NCBI GenBank assembly: GCA_965203295.1
Contig: CBDBCZ010000016.1
Location: 1,184,001 to 1,248,000, forward strand
Direction of reading: 5' to 3'
From: Nitrospirales bacterium
GTDB lineage: Bacteria; Nitrospirota; Nitrospiria; Nitrospirales; UBA8639
DNA length: 64,000 nucleotides
The number at the start of each line of letters is the position of its first letter. Position 1 is the stretch's first letter. The notes beneath the pieces were generated by a model. The model was given only the letters and a program-made list of their open reading frames with translations, made no database searches and had not been told where the DNA came from. This document shows, piece by piece, positions 63,501 through 64,000 of the stretch. The position numbers and the translations under genes are program-made.

Positions 63501-64000
63501 CTTTCCACACGGAGCCCAGGGCGTAAATCTCTGTACCAAATTTTTTTCTGTGTTTATAGCTTGGCTGAATCTGGATCTTGGGATACAAACTTGCTTTTTT
63601 GCTGGCATGGATGCATACTCTAAAACATGGCTCCAATTCCTGTTTCCAGTATATGTGTGGATTATGGTAGGTGCTATGATCTATGGCAGCCGATACTCCC
63701 CCACAGTATTCAGACTGATAGGCTCAAATGCAGTTCCTGTTCTTGCCACACTATTTCTGCTCTCCTATGCAAAACTCTTGCGTACAGTGATCACAACAGT
63801 GTATTCCACTGCCTTGATTGGTAAAGATTCCTCCACCCCATTAGTGTGGCTTGTAGATGGCAATATGCCATTCTACAGGGGAGCTCACACAGCACTTCTT
63901 TTAATGGCAGTGGTATTCATTCTGGTGTTCATAGTACCTTTCACCTTGCTTGTTTTGCTAGGTCGTTGCTTGCAAGCCAATTCACACTACCACAGAGTAC
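60505..64000 (+). CDS. Large beta-helix (Pmp/pectin-lyase-like repeats) + Cys-rich + multi-TM protein; in-frame TGA at 62461-62463; runs off the window
   Basis: Hydrophobic signal-like segment and FxxN/GG(A/G)I repeats (HNRARSGGGL, NTASRSGGGI, NNAASYHGGAI). The same frame reopens after the TGA and stays open to 64000, with CPPG, GVLCGACQQG, GSINGLIFYAN and LATLFLLSYAKL matching the 47535 family. Confidence 0.8.

Overview
Intron-rich animal genomic DNA, most likely from a demosponge (inferred from gene families and repeat style, not proven). On the + strand, left to right: a 13-exon integrin-linked kinase (ILK) gene lacking its first exon; a ~280-nt structured intergenic element ending in T9 that resembles 7SK snRNA; a 16-exon SHQ1 gene with a probable GC-AG intron and a probable U12-type intron; a 196-bp inverted repeat inside a G-poor tract; a 3-exon GPR157/cAMP-receptor-like GPCR; an apparently intact ISL2EU/Harbinger-type transposon; an 11-coding-exon gene that splices an intact protein kinase, a coiled coil and a CAAX-terminated Rac/Rho GTPase into one ~899-aa protein; and three related Cys-rich multi-TM receptor-like genes (one intact, one frameshifted, one with an in-frame TGA). 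Between the last two lies a three-level transposon nest: a foldback element containing a Mutator element (Ulp1 protease and PHD finger) that itself contains a small MITE. The two most interesting candidates are the kinase-Rho fusion and the 7SK-like RNA. Exon models were read by eye from splice signals and frame continuity, and all homology statements come from remembered family motifs, not database searches.
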